This document shows positions 27,931 through 37,839 of a DNA stretch of 64,000 nt, in pieces. Both the position numbers and the translations under genes were made by a program. The first letter of the stretch is position 1, and each line of letters begins with the position of its first letter. The stretch comes from Thermoanaerobaculia bacterium (GTDB lineage Bacteria; Acidobacteriota; Thermoanaerobaculia; Multivoradales; Multivoraceae). The notes under the pieces are model-generated. The model did no database searches. It was not told the DNA's origin and worked only from the letters and a program-made list of their open reading frames with translations. Location of the stretch: assembly GCA_963666565.1 (NCBI GenBank), contig OY762911.1:1-64000 (forward strand). Direction: 5' to 3'.

Positions 27931-29349
27931 ATGCCGCCTGCCGACACCGCCGAGCGCGAGCAGACGAAAGCCTACGCCGGCAAGCGGTCGGTTCCGCGCT
28001 CGCCGGCGAGAAGCGCCGGGACGAACCGCGGAAAGACCCGGATCATCGCGGTCCGCGAGTACGAGGAGTTCGACCGTGAGCGGTTGAGACTCGACGAGCA
28101 TGAGTGGAACAGCCTGGAAGCGTTCGCCCGCAAGAACCAGCACGACAAACGCGGCAACTACCGTCCGGTCCTCGCCTTCGGAAGCGGAGGCCGCACGCTC
28201 AAGGCGACGAACTTCGTGGGCGTCCTCTCGACGAGTCGCGGCACGCCCATCGAGATCCTCCCGAAGATCGATCTGGTCCACGGCACCAGCGTCACGGACG
28301 ACGAACGGACACGCGAGATCTTCCTCCAGATGCTCCGCACCTGGCGAGGGCTGCGTCACGCCGAACTGCCTCCGAGCGCCATCCGATCGCTCCGGCGTTT
28401 CCCGATGCTGGAGGTGTTCGCGCACCTGTTCCTCCAGAACCTCGCCCACTTGGCGCGCCACGGCCTCGCTCGACGGTACGTCCGCGTCGAAGACAACCTG
28501 CCCTACCTTCGGGGACGTCTCCTGTTCCAGCAGCATGTGCGGGAGAACCTGACCAACCGGGCGCGGTTCTACGTCGCGCACGACGAGTTCAACCCGAACC
28601 GGCCGGCGAATCGGCTGATCCGCAGCAGTCTGGACCACCTCGGGCGAACCGTCCGCAACGAGGAGAACCGGCGGCTGCTTCGCGAGCTGACCGACGCGTT
28701 CGCAGACGTGCCGCCAACGACCGATAAGGCGAGCGACTGGCGGCGACACTCGGTCGACCGAACGATGCAGCACTACCGTCCCGTCATGGCCTGGGTGCGG
28801 CTCTTCCTGTTCGGCCATGGGCTCGCCACGTACCACGGCGAGCACGAGAACCAGTCGTTGCTGTTTCCGATGGAGGAGATCTACGAGGACTTCGTGACGC
28901 AGTGCTTCCGGCGTTGGCAGAGCGAGTACGGCGTCCGGGCGCAGGGGCCGCGGAAGAGGCTGACGCGCTGCCCGCAGGCTTTCGAGATGAAGCCGGACAT
29001 CACGCTCCTGAGACGAGGATCCGCGAAGTTCATCCTGGACGCGAAGTGGAAGCGGCTCAAGTCAGCGTCAGACGATCCGAGGAAGCGCGGCATCGTCCAA
29101 GCCGACATGTACCAGTTGTACGCCTACGGCAGCCGCTACGGCTGCCGGACCGTGGCACTCGTCTATCCTCGAACGGACGACTTCGACGAACCGCTGAGGT
29201 TCGTCTTCGACGACGACCTCGCGCTCCTCTGCCTGCCCTTCGACGTTTCTGAGGCGAAGTCGAGCGTCCATCGGGGCCTCGCGGCGCTGAAGTCACCTGA
29301 GCGCGCGGCGGAGGCCTGGCACGAAGCTGTCGGCGCCGAAGCGTCCTGA
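27931..29349 (+). CDS. mcrC: McrC-family nuclease subunit
   Basis: NFVGV, IEILPKI, LPYLRGRL, NRLIR, LLFPMEEIYEDFV, KPDI..ILDAKWK and ADMYQLYAY (PD-(D/E)XK). Confidence 0.92.
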   Translation: MPPADTAEREQTKAYAGKRSVPRSPARSAGTNRGKTRIIAVREYEEFDRERLRLDEHEWNSLEAFARKNQHDKRGNYRPVLAFGSGGRTLKATNFVGVLSTSRGTPIEILPKIDLVHGTSVTDDERTREIFLQMLRTWRGLRHAELPPSAIRSLRRFPMLEVFAHLFLQNLAHLARHGLARRYVRVEDNLPYLRGRLLFQQHVRENLTNRARFYVAHDEFNPNRPANRLIRSSLDHLGRTVRNEENRRLLRELTDAFADVPPTTDKASDWRRHSVDRTMQHYRPVMAWVRLFLFGHGLATYHGEHENQSLLFPMEEIYEDFVTQCFRRWQSEYGVRAQGPRKRLTRCPQAFEMKPDITLLRRGSAKFILDAKWKRLKSASDDPRKRGIVQADMYQLYAYGSRYGCRTVALVYPRTDDFDEPLRFVFDDDLALLCLPFDVSEAKSSVHRGLAALKSPERAAEAWHEAVGAEAS

Positions 29350-29387
29350 TTCGGGTTCGCCTGACGGAAGGGCGTCGTGGCTCCGTA

Positions 29388-29488
29388 GTGGAGCCGGCCT
29401 GACGGCCGGCGCGAGCTTCTGGCCGCCTCCGGCGGCAAGCGGGTCAGAAGACCCGCGCACCCAGCGGGTCAGAAGACCCGCGCACCCG
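29388..29488 (-). repeat. Composite REP cluster
   Basis: GTGGAGCCGGCCTGACGGCCGGC plus two GCGGGTCAGAAGACCCGCGCACCC. Confidence 0.85.
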
Positions 29489-29495
29489 GCGGGGG

Positions 29496-31310
29496 CTACT
29501 GGGCGCCGCCGCCTGACTCCGCCGCCACGGCGGCGGCTTCTTCGCGGTCGCGGGCCCTGGCGCCGGAGAGGATGTTCGTCATCCCGTAGTTGCCTTCGTG
29601 GCAGGCGTACTCGACGAGTTCGTACTGCTCGTTGTCGAGCTCGAACTCGAAGCGGCCGGTCCATGGGCGGGTCCAGACGGTCGGGTCCTCGACGGTGAAT
29701 CGGTACTCCAGCCGATTCGGCCCGAGGCGCGTGTAGCGCTCGGTGAGCTTCATGCTCTCGCTCGAGCCGCGGTAGTTCGCGCGGCCGTTGAAGCCCGCCG
29801 TCTCCACTACCAGGGTGTCGCCGTCCCAGCGGCCCTGGGGATCGCCGAGCCACTGCCTGATTCCCGGGCCGAGCGGCTCCCGCTCTTCGGTGGGCACGAC
29901 ACGGGTCTCGTGGATCATCTCCTTCTGAATCGCCACGTAACCGGGGCTCTGGCTGATCTGCAAACCGTTGTTGTAGATCGAGGGCATCATCATGCCCGGC
30001 AGTCCCCGGCTGATGCAGCGGACGTAGGCGCTCAGGTCTTCGGGACCCGCGGGGCGGCGCCTCACGTAGTCGCCGAACGACTCGCGAGCGCTGCGCTGTC
30101 GTTCCATCGCCTCCTCGGTGAGCGGCGGTATGCGCCCGTCGGGTGGATCGACGATCATCGCGACCTGGCGCGACGGCGCCGACTTGACGTAGCCGAGCGT
30201 CGTGTCGCGCCACTCGCGCTCGTAGCCCCAGATGCTTCCGAGGGTGCCCCGCTCGCGCCGCGCGGCGGCCTCCTCGGCGGTCAGTTCCTCGACGTCGGCC
30301 AGCTCCTCCGGCCGCTCGAGCGGGATGCCGTGGGCCTTGTTGCCGGACCACATCCCCTGCAGGTCGGGGGTGCCCCAGGGCGTCCGCGGCACGACGTACG
30401 GCTCGGCCGAGGCGACCTCGGCGGCGTCCGATCCGAAGTCGGCGTCGACGCCCCGCCAGCCCGGTTCGAGCACCGCCACGCGCACGTTGTCGGGCGCGGA
30501 GACGAAGCCGCGCTTCGCCTCCGAGCGGCCCCCCGCCGGCCGCTCGGGATCCGCCGTGAAGCGGACGCCGCGGTCGCGCAGACCGACCGCCGCCGTGTCG
30601 AGATCGGCGACCTCGAAGGCCAGGTGATCGATCGCCCGGCCGGCGCTCGGCGCGGGCTCGCCCTCCAGGTGCTCCGAAGCGAACAGCCAGACCTCGCCGA
30701 AGCGCAGGCCGTCCTGCGCGCCGCGCAGGCTCTCCGGCGCGCCGCCGAAGGTCTCCCGGTACCAGCCGAGGGTCCGCGCCGGGTCGCTCGCGCTCAGGTG
30801 GACGTGGTGGAAGCCCAGGGTGTCCGTGTCTTCGACGACCTCGATGCGCGTGCCCCAGGGATCGAAGATGCGGCCGACCTTGAACAGGCCGGGCTCTTCG
30901 CGGAGCGTCGAGCCGTCGTCGTAGCGCTGCAGGCGAACGCCGGAGCCGCGCACGCCGACGGCCTCCAGCTCGGCCATCTTCTCTTCGAGATCCGCGAAGG
31001 AGAAGCCGATGTGGTCGATGCCGGTGCCCTGGCTGGCGCCCATGATCGGGCCCTGGGCGAACTCGATCACGGCGTTGCCGCAATCGACCGCCTCGGCACG
31101 GCCTTCGACGGGCTCGCAGCCGAGGTGCCGCGCGTACCATTTGACCGCCTCGCTGCGGGCGGACGTGGTCAACTGCACGGTGACGTCGCCGGCCGCGGCC
31201 GGGACCGCCGCCAGTCCGAGCAGGAGCGCGGCGGCAACCGCCGAAGCGCCAACGGAGGCGCTAGGGATCGTCGTCGGTCGGGGGTTCTTCGCGTCGGCGT
31301 AGGTGGCCAT
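29496..31310 (-). CDS. Exported fusion of tandem VOC/glyoxalase domains and an EYACHEGN-family domain
   Basis: IDHIGFS, DPWGTRIEV, FHHVHL and IDHLAF VOC motifs, then RTPWGTPDLQG...GRWDGDTLV...EYACHEGN; GAGGAG RBS before ATG 31310. Confidence 0.8.
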   Translation of the reverse strand: MATYADAKNPRPTTIPSASVGASAVAAALLLGLAAVPAAAGDVTVQLTTSARSEAVKWYARHLGCEPVEGRAEAVDCGNAVIEFAQGPIMGASQGTGIDHIGFSFADLEEKMAELEAVGVRGSGVRLQRYDDGSTLREEPGLFKVGRIFDPWGTRIEVVEDTDTLGFHHVHLSASDPARTLGWYRETFGGAPESLRGAQDGLRFGEVWLFASEHLEGEPAPSAGRAIDHLAFEVADLDTAAVGLRDRGVRFTADPERPAGGRSEAKRGFVSAPDNVRVAVLEPGWRGVDADFGSDAAEVASAEPYVVPRTPWGTPDLQGMWSGNKAHGIPLERPEELADVEELTAEEAAARRERGTLGSIWGYEREWRDTTLGYVKSAPSRQVAMIVDPPDGRIPPLTEEAMERQRSARESFGDYVRRRPAGPEDLSAYVRCISRGLPGMMMPSIYNNGLQISQSPGYVAIQKEMIHETRVVPTEEREPLGPGIRQWLGDPQGRWDGDTLVVETAGFNGRANYRGSSESMKLTERYTRLGPNRLEYRFTVEDPTVWTRPWTGRFEFELDNEQYELVEYACHEGNYGMTNILSGARARDREEAAAVAAESGGGAQ

Positions 31311-32103
31311 AGAGCAGCTCCTCGGAAAACTCGACACACTTGTACTCCAGCACCCGGACGTTCTCCTCCAGGCGCCGATAGAGCGGCATGCGGATCGTCC
31401 AGGGACGGGTGAAGACGTTGGGGTCTTCGAGCGTCGCCTCGTAGGTCATCGCGTTGGGGCCGGCCGGCGTGTAGCGCTCGGTGACGCGCAGCGTGTCGCT
31501 GGCGAAGTTGCCGGCCCGGTCGAACCACGCCTGGCCGGTGAAGCCGGCGGCCTCGACGACGAGGGTGTCGCCCTCCCAGCGGCCGTGCGAGCGGCCCATC
31601 CAACTGTCGATGGGCGGCGGCTCGGGATTCTCCTTGTCCATGTGGATCGTCCGGTTCGCCTCGGCGAAGCCGTAGACGATCATGACGTGGGTGTCGCCCT
31701 GGAGGATCCGGAACGGGAAGGGCATGTAGGTCGCCCGCGGCACGCCTGGCAGGTAGCACTTGGCCTCCGGGTCTTCGCGCCAGCGGTTCTCGAAGTTCTG
31801 CCGCTGTTGCTCGCGTGCCCAGTCCTGGTAAGGGATCTCGCCGCCAACGACCACGCCCTGGCCGGGCGGCGTCGTCGTGAGCGTGCCGTACTCGGACGGG
31901 CCGCCGGCCGCGTTGTGGTCCTCCAGGTTCCAGTGCGCCGTGTTGATCGCCTGCCAGACGCCGTTGATGTCGGGTGAGCCGTCGTAGTGGCGGGGAATCG
32001 CGTCGTCGCCGTCCTGGGCCAGGGCGGGCGCCAGCAGGGCCGACATGAGAGCGGCGAGCGACAGCGCCTGCCGCCATGACTTCGAGTGGCGTCGTTTCGT
32101 CAT
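31261..32103 (-). CDS. Exported conserved hypothetical protein (same family: DGSPDINGVW...GRWEGDTLV...EYKC)
   Basis: Signal peptide; paralogy with neighbouring family members. Confidence 0.8.
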   Translation of the reverse strand: MTKRRHSKSWRQALSLAALMSALLAPALAQDGDDAIPRHYDGSPDINGVWQAINTAHWNLEDHNAAGGPSEYGTLTTTPPGQGVVVGGEIPYQDWAREQQRQNFENRWREDPEAKCYLPGVPRATYMPFPFRILQGDTHVMIVYGFAEANRTIHMDKENPEPPPIDSWMGRSHGRWEGDTLVVEAAGFTGQAWFDRAGNFASDTLRVTERYTPAGPNAMTYEATLEDPNVFTRPWTIRMPLYRRLEENVRVLEYKCVEFSEELLYGHLRRREEPPTDDDP

Positions 32104-32210
32104 TTCGTCTCAGTTCGGAATGGACGCGGAGCATACCAATCGTCGTCGCCTCGCGGGCGGGCGCGGAATACACTCGGCGCTCTTCTTTCTGCACCTGTGG
32201 AGATCCAGCG

Positions 32211-32999
32211 ATGATCGACCTGAACCTGACCGGCCGCCGTGCGGTCGTGACCGGCGCCAGCCTCGGTATCGGCGCCGCCGCCGTTCGCTTGCTCGCCGAC
32301 CACGGCGCCGAGGTCGCCTTCTGTGCCCGTAGCGAAGACGCCGTCAACGCCCTCGACGGCTACCAGCCGCCATCGGGCGACGGCAGCGCCCGCGGGCACA
32401 CAGCCGACATGGCCGACCGCGACTCCATCGACGCCTTGTTCGAGACCGTGCTGGCGGACGGCGCGGTCGACATCCTGGTCAACAACGTCGGCGCCTCGCC
32501 CTCCCGCAACTTCCTCTACATGAGCGACGACGACTGGGAGGAACTGTTCCGGCTCAACCTGCTGTCGGCCGTGCGCAGCACGCGGCACTGCCTGCCGGGG
32601 ATGCGCAAGCAGAAGTGGGGCCGGGTCGTGATGATCGCGAGCGCCGCCGCGAAGTACCCCGGCGCCGCGCTGATCGACTACGGCGCCTCGAAGGCGGCGA
32701 TGGTCGCCACCGGCAAGGCCCTGTCCGGCAAGTACGGACGCGACAACGTGCTGTTCAACTCCGTGCTGCCCGGCCTGATCCACACGGCGATGTGGGAGCG
32801 GGCCGCGAAGGAGATCGCGAACGCCCGCGGCGGCGACTGGGAGGACGTGATCCGCAACAACGGCAAGAACGTCCCCGTCGGCCGCTACGGCACCTCGGAA
32901 GAGGTCGCCAACATGATCGTCTTCCTGTGCTCGGAGGCCGCGTCGTATGTCAACGGCGCCGTGATCGACGTCGACGGCGGCCAGGGCCGGCACATCTGA
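32211..32999 (+). CDS. SDR oxidoreductase
   Basis: TGASLGIG, NNVG, YGASK and PG motifs. Confidence 0.92.
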   Translation: MIDLNLTGRRAVVTGASLGIGAAAVRLLADHGAEVAFCARSEDAVNALDGYQPPSGDGSARGHTADMADRDSIDALFETVLADGAVDILVNNVGASPSRNFLYMSDDDWEELFRLNLLSAVRSTRHCLPGMRKQKWGRVVMIASAAAKYPGAALIDYGASKAAMVATGKALSGKYGRDNVLFNSVLPGLIHTAMWERAAKEIANARGGDWEDVIRNNGKNVPVGRYGTSEEVANMIVFLCSEAASYVNGAVIDVDGGQGRHI

Positions 33000-33117
33000 A
33001 GGTTGGCGGAGCCAGCCTACCGGCCAGCCCGAATCCCCCACCGCCTGCGGCGGCAGCCGGCGCATCCGGTGTGGGGCTTCCGCGGCCCGACATGGCCGTC
33101 GGTTTGGGGGCGCTTCT

Positions 33118-33510
33118 TCAGTTGCGCAGCACGGAGATGTCGGACGCCCCGGCGATCTGGGCGTCGGAGGTCACCAGCGTCAGATCCATCACCTTCGCCG
33201 TCGCGACGAGGAAGCGGTCTGCGGGATCCCGGTGAGGAAGATCGACCGTACGGCTCGCCAGCGCGATCTGGTGCGTTAACGGAGCCTCGCGGGTCGGCAT
33301 CTCTTCCATCGCCTTGTCGATCCAAACCTCGACGGGATGATCGAGTCCGAGCCGGTCTTTCTCGACCAGCAGGACCAACTCCCAGAGACTGATCGGCGAG
33401 AGCCAGAGGGCGTTTTCCGCGGAGCCGACAGCTGACGCGACCTGCTCCGACAGGCGCTCCGGCTCCAGTTGACTCCAAACCCAGATGTGCGTGTCGAGCA
33501 GAAGTCTCAA
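33118..33510 (-). CDS. vapC: PIN-domain (VapC-like) toxin
   Basis: LLLDTHIWVW, SPISLWE, HRDPADRFLVATA and LVTSD. Confidence 0.9.
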   Translation of the reverse strand: MRLLLDTHIWVWSQLEPERLSEQVASAVGSAENALWLSPISLWELVLLVEKDRLGLDHPVEVWIDKAMEEMPTREAPLTHQIALASRTVDLPHRDPADRFLVATAKVMDLTLVTSDAQIAGASDISVLRN

Positions 33511-33749
33511 GACCGCAGGACCTCCCACTCCTCCTCGTCCACGACCGGCGAGACGATGTCACCGAGAATGCGGCCCGTACCCCGCATTCCACCGAGCACC
33601 CGTCGAGGCCGAACGGCCGGCGATGGCGGCACGATCTCGGCCACCGGCTTGCCGAAGCGCGTGACGAGCACCGGTTCCCCGCTTCGGTGGACCTGTTTCA
33701 GCACCGCCAGACAGGTCGCCTTGAACTTTGAAACGGCAATCTCTTCCAT
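33507..33749 (-). CDS. Phd/YefM family antitoxin
   Basis: GGAGGAGG RBS; SKFKATCL.VL..V...GEPVLVTRFGKPVAEIVP; TTGA overlap with the toxin. Confidence 0.9.
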   Translation of the reverse strand: MEEIAVSKFKATCLAVLKQVHRSGEPVLVTRFGKPVAEIVPPSPAVRPRRVLGGMRGTGRILGDIVSPVVDEEEWEVLRS

Positions 33750-33794
33750 CGTTCCTCCTCCGATGCTTGAAGCGACACTTGTACCATCTCCTGA

Positions 33795-33820
33795 GACCAT
33801 GGTCAATCATCATGGTCAAC
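33795..33820 (-). promoter_or_regulatory. Putative phd-vapC operator
   Basis: GACCATGGTC palindrome and a repeated CATGGTCAA (TTGACC on the minus strand) upstream of the antitoxin. Confidence 0.5.
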
Positions 33821-33867
33821 TTCGCTCTCCGTTTCCACGAAACTGGTTACAGGCGGCATCTTCCGCC

Positions 33868-34056
33868 GGGTGCGCGGGTCTTCTGACCCGCTGCCGCCGG
33901 AGGCGGCCGGAGAACAGCGCCGGCCGGAGACTGGCTCCGCTCTGGCGGCGGCCTTGGCTGGTGCGGTCGCCGGCCTTTGGCCGGCGGCCCTTTCCTCCGG
34001 GCTGCACCGCTCCGCGGCTTCGCCCGTGGGCGGGTCGGAAGACCCGCGCACCCAGC
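33868..34056. repeat. ~190-bp REPIN/MITE-like element
   Basis: Terminal inverted REPs; internal modules homologous to 13866-14055. Confidence 0.85.
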
Positions 34057-34061
34057 GGAGG

Positions 34062-35054
34062 CTACTGGTTCTCCGAGCCCTCGATCTCGGCGATCCCTGA
34101 CGCCGTCTCCTCAAGCAGCGCCTGGGCGCCGCGGCGGATCAGGTTGCCGACGCCGGGGGCCTGGAAGAAGCTGAAGCCCTCGCGGTCCCGCCAAGCCAGC
34201 GGACCGCCCAGCTTGAGGCCGGCGCCGAGCACGGCGTCGCGGATGCGGTCGACCATCGCCTCGTACTCCGGCTCGCCCTGGCGCTTGCCGGAGAAGCTGT
34301 AGAGGTCGGTCGAGGCGGCGAACACGACGTCGACGCCGGGCACGGCGGCGATCTCCTCGACCGCCTCGACACCCGCCGGCGACTCGATCATCGCCACGAT
34401 CAGGATGTTCTCGTTGGCGGTCGCCCGGTAGGCGCGGCCCCAGAGCGCGCCGTACTGGCCGCCGCCGAGGCTGCGCCGTCCCTCCGGCGGGAACTTGGCG
34501 AAGCGCACGGCCCACTCCATCTTCTCGGCGGTGCGCACCATCGGCACGACGATGCCGAGCGCTCCGAGGTCCACCGCCTTCTGGATGTCGCCCTCCGTCG
34601 CGTCCGGCACGCGGATGAAGGGAATGGCGGAGGCGTCCCGGCAGGCCCAGAGCATCCGGGCCACGTCCTGGTAGGTCAGCGGGCTGTGCTGCATCTCGAT
34701 CCACGTGAAATCGAAGCCGGCGTTGGCCGCGGCGCAGTAGCTGTCGGGATCGGGCGAGGAGATGCTGACGCCGACGATTCCCTCGCCGCTCATCAGCTTC
34801 TGCTTGGCCGTGTTGTACATCCGCGCGCCTTCGTCCTGACCGGCGGCCGGCGCGGCCGCCACGAGCGCGAGACTCAGACCCAGTGCGGCCGCGGCGGCGG
34901 GGCCGGCGGCTCTCGCGCGTCTCGTCTGGCCGGGCCGGTTCGTTCCGCGTCGCGCGGCCACGCCAACAGGCCGAACACCTCTCACGCGTCCTCCCGCTCC
35001 AGGCCGGTTTCTCGTGCGCCGGGCGGTCCCGGCGGCGCGTGGAATCGCTCTCAT
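34062..35054 (-). CDS. HpcH/HpaI aldolase family protein with apparent signal peptide (start uncertain)
   Basis: GFDFTWIEMQHS, IRVP, DLGALGIVVPMV, FPPEGRRS and MIES..GV..VEEIAAVPGVD. Confidence 0.85.
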   Translation of the reverse strand: MRAIPRAAGTARRTRNRPGAGGRVRGVRPVGVAARRGTNRPGQTRRARAAGPAAAAALGLSLALVAAAPAAGQDEGARMYNTAKQKLMSGEGIVGVSISSPDPDSYCAAANAGFDFTWIEMQHSPLTYQDVARMLWACRDASAIPFIRVPDATEGDIQKAVDLGALGIVVPMVRTAEKMEWAVRFAKFPPEGRRSLGGGQYGALWGRAYRATANENILIVAMIESPAGVEAVEEIAAVPGVDVVFAASTDLYSFSGKRQGEPEYEAMVDRIRDAVLGAGLKLGGPLAWRDREGFSFFQAPGVGNLIRRGAQALLEETASGIAEIEGSENQ

Positions 35055-35914
35055 GCGTCCTCCCTGGCTTCCGAAGGATCGGCCGTGCCCGCCGGCGTCT
35101 GCCCGGCCCGGCCGCCGCGCTGGCCGCGCAGCGCCAGGTCGACGCCGACGAGCCGCCGGTTGCCCTCGACCCGGCTGGAACTGCCGCGGATCTCGCGCAG
35201 CACCAGGTAGTCGGCGAAGGCGGCCTCGACGTTCGCGCTGTAGCCCATCGCGTCCTGCGCCTTGTTCACGGCGAGCTTGCCCAGCCGCAGCACCGCCGGA
35301 TCGTTCTCGGCGATCCGTTCGGCGTAGGCCATCGTCTCGCGTTCCAGTTCGTCCTCGGCGTAGACGCGGTTGACCAGGCCCAGTTCCCGCGCCTCGTCCG
35401 CGTCGATGAAGCGGCTCTCGAAGAGCAGCTCCTTCGCCTTGCGGGGATGGATGTCCCAGGGCACGGTGAAGGTCTCGAACAGGCTGGCGAGGAACCGCGC
35501 GCTCGGCGCCGCGAAGATCAGGTCCATCGACGCGGCGATCATCCAGCCGCCGAAGATGCAGTAGCCGTGCACCATCGCGATCGTGGGCTTCGGCAGGTTG
35601 CGCCACTTGACCGTGTTATCCAGGTTGTACCAGCGGAACGCCTCGTACCAGTCCATGCCGACCCACTGGGTCAGCCCCCGTGCCTCGATGTCCGCCTGCT
35701 GCTCCGGCGTGCCCAGGTCGTGCCCGGAGGAGAAGTGCCTGCCGTCGCCCTTCAGCACGACGACCCGGACGTCTTCGTCGGCCATCGCCCGATCGAGCTG
35801 CAGGTCGAGGTCGTCGAGCAGCTTCCAGCTCTGCGCGTTGTGGTACCGGGCCCGGTCCAGCGTCAGCACCGCGACCGGGCCGCGCCGTTCGTATCGAACC
35901 TCTTCTGCTGCCAT
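35051..35914 (-). CDS. Enoyl-CoA hydratase/isomerase
   Basis: FSSGHDL, KPTIAMVHGYCIFGG and A.EA..LGLVNRV crotonase motifs. Confidence 0.92.
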   Translation of the reverse strand: MAAEEVRYERRGPVAVLTLDRARYHNAQSWKLLDDLDLQLDRAMADEDVRVVVLKGDGRHFSSGHDLGTPEQQADIEARGLTQWVGMDWYEAFRWYNLDNTVKWRNLPKPTIAMVHGYCIFGGWMIAASMDLIFAAPSARFLASLFETFTVPWDIHPRKAKELLFESRFIDADEARELGLVNRVYAEDELERETMAYAERIAENDPAVLRLGKLAVNKAQDAMGYSANVEAAFADYLVLREIRGSSSRVEGNRRLVGVDLALRGQRGGRAGQTPAGTADPSEAREDA

Positions 35915-35949
35915 ATCCTGTCCTCGAACCGTGATCTGGAGGGGAACCG

Positions 35950-37806
35950 ATGAAGCGTAGCGCAGAGTCCGCCGCCGTTCTGCTCGCCGCCTTCGCCCTC
36001 GGCTGCACAGCCGGCAGCGACGCTCCGGCGCCCGGCGAAGGCGCGCAGCCCCCCAACATCGTCCTCGTCGTGACCGACGACCAGGGCTACGGCGACTTCG
36101 GCTTCGCCGGCAACCCGGTCCTCCAGACGCCGCACCTCGACGCCCTGGCCGCCCAGAGCGCCACCGTCGAGCGCTTCTACGTGAGCCCGGTCTGCACTCC
36201 GACCCGCGCCTCTCTCATGACGGGCCGCTACAACTACCGCACCCGCGCCATCGACACCTACATCGGCCGCGCGATGATGGAGCCCGAGGAGGTGACGATC
36301 GCAGAGTTGCTGCGGGACGCCGGCTACGCCACCGGCATCTTCGGCAAGTGGCACCTGGGCGACAACTACCCGCTGCGCGCCATGGACCAGGGCTTCGAGG
36401 AAAGCCTGGTTCACCGGGGCGGCGGGATCGGCCAGCCCTCCGACCCGCCCGGCGGCGAGGGCAAGTACACGGACGCGGTGCTCTTCAGGAACGGAAAGCG
36501 GGTGGAGACGACCGGCTACTGCACGGACGTCTACTTCGACGCCGCGTTCGACTTCATGGAACAGGCGGCCAGCGAGGGGCGGCCGTTCTTCGCCTACGTC
36601 CCGACGAACGCGCCCCACGGTCCGTTCCACGACGTGCCGGAAGAGCTGCTGAAGCGCTATCGGCAAGCGGACCTGCGCGCGGCGCTCCCGGATCCCGGCC
36701 AGGCCAGCGAGCAGGCGCTCGACCGGCTGGCCCGCAGCTACGCGATGATCGGCAACATCGACGACAACGTCGGACGGCTGACCGCAAGGCTCGAGGAGCT
36801 GGGTCTCGCGGACAACACGCTCGTCGTCTTCCTGGTCGACAACGGACCGGACCGCGACCGCTACAACGCGGGGCTCCGCGGCCGCAAGGGAACCGTGTTC
36901 GAGGGCGGCGTCCGGTCGCCCCTGCTGGCGCGCTGGCCGGGGCGGCTGCCGGCGGACGCGCCGCCCGTCGACCGGATCGCGGCCCACATCGACATCGCGC
37001 CGACCCTGCTCGACGCCGCCGGCGTCGAACCGCCCGCCGGGTTGCATCTGGACGGCCGCAGCCTGCTCGGCCTGCTCTCCGGCGAGGACGACGCCGCGGA
37101 CTGGCCGGACCGGGCCATCTACCTGCAGTTCCACCGCGGCAACGAACCGATCCCGCTCCACTCCTTCGCCGCCGTCGGCCAGCGCTACAAGCTGGTCCAC
37201 CCGTCCCCGCGCGGCGAGGGGGACTGGAACGGCGAACTGGCCCTCGAGCTCTACGACCTCGAGACCGACCCGGGCGAGAGCCGCAACCTGATCGCCGGCA
37301 CCCGCGTGGCGCATTCCGCCGGGACCGCGACCGCCGCCGCGAGCCCGCCGGCGGACTCGCCGGACGAGATGTCCGAGGTCGCGGCCGGGATGCGGAACGC
37401 CTACCTGGCGTGGTTCGAGGACGTGAGCTCCACCCGGCCGGACAACTACGCGCCGCCACGGATCGTCGTCGGCACGGACCGCGAACCGGTCACCGTACTC
37501 ACCCGCCAGGACTGGCGGCGGATCACCGACGACCAGGGCTGGCGGCCGACCTCGCGCGGCCGTTGGCTGCTGAGAGCCCTGGACGACGCGACGTTCGACA
37601 TCGAGGTGCGGCTCGTCGCCGGCTCCAGCGGTCCGGTCCTCCTGGAAGTCGACGATCGGAAACTCAGCCAGGACCTGAACCCGGATCGGCAGACCGCGAC
37701 GTTTGAAGAGGTCCCGGTCCCCGCTGGCGACTTCGGGCTCAGCGCCGCGGCCGGCGAAGGCGAGGAACAGCGAGGAGCGCATCAGGTAGTGCTGCGGCAG
37801 CGCTAG
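35950..37806 (+). CDS. Arylsulfatase (lipoprotein)
   Basis: Lipobox ALGC, PNIVLVVTDDQGYGD, CTPTRASLMTGRY, GKWHLG and NAPH. Confidence 0.93.
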   Translation: MKRSAESAAVLLAAFALGCTAGSDAPAPGEGAQPPNIVLVVTDDQGYGDFGFAGNPVLQTPHLDALAAQSATVERFYVSPVCTPTRASLMTGRYNYRTRAIDTYIGRAMMEPEEVTIAELLRDAGYATGIFGKWHLGDNYPLRAMDQGFEESLVHRGGGIGQPSDPPGGEGKYTDAVLFRNGKRVETTGYCTDVYFDAAFDFMEQAASEGRPFFAYVPTNAPHGPFHDVPEELLKRYRQADLRAALPDPGQASEQALDRLARSYAMIGNIDDNVGRLTARLEELGLADNTLVVFLVDNGPDRDRYNAGLRGRKGTVFEGGVRSPLLARWPGRLPADAPPVDRIAAHIDIAPTLLDAAGVEPPAGLHLDGRSLLGLLSGEDDAADWPDRAIYLQFHRGNEPIPLHSFAAVGQRYKLVHPSPRGEGDWNGELALELYDLETDPGESRNLIAGTRVAHSAGTATAAASPPADSPDEMSEVAAGMRNAYLAWFEDVSSTRPDNYAPPRIVVGTDREPVTVLTRQDWRRITDDQGWRPTSRGRWLLRALDDATFDIEVRLVAGSSGPVLLEVDDRKLSQDLNPDRQTATFEEVPVPAGDFGLSAAAGEGEEQRGAHQVVLRQR

Positions 37807-37839
37807 CGCCAGCCGCGGCTCTGCTAACCTCCGCGGCCA

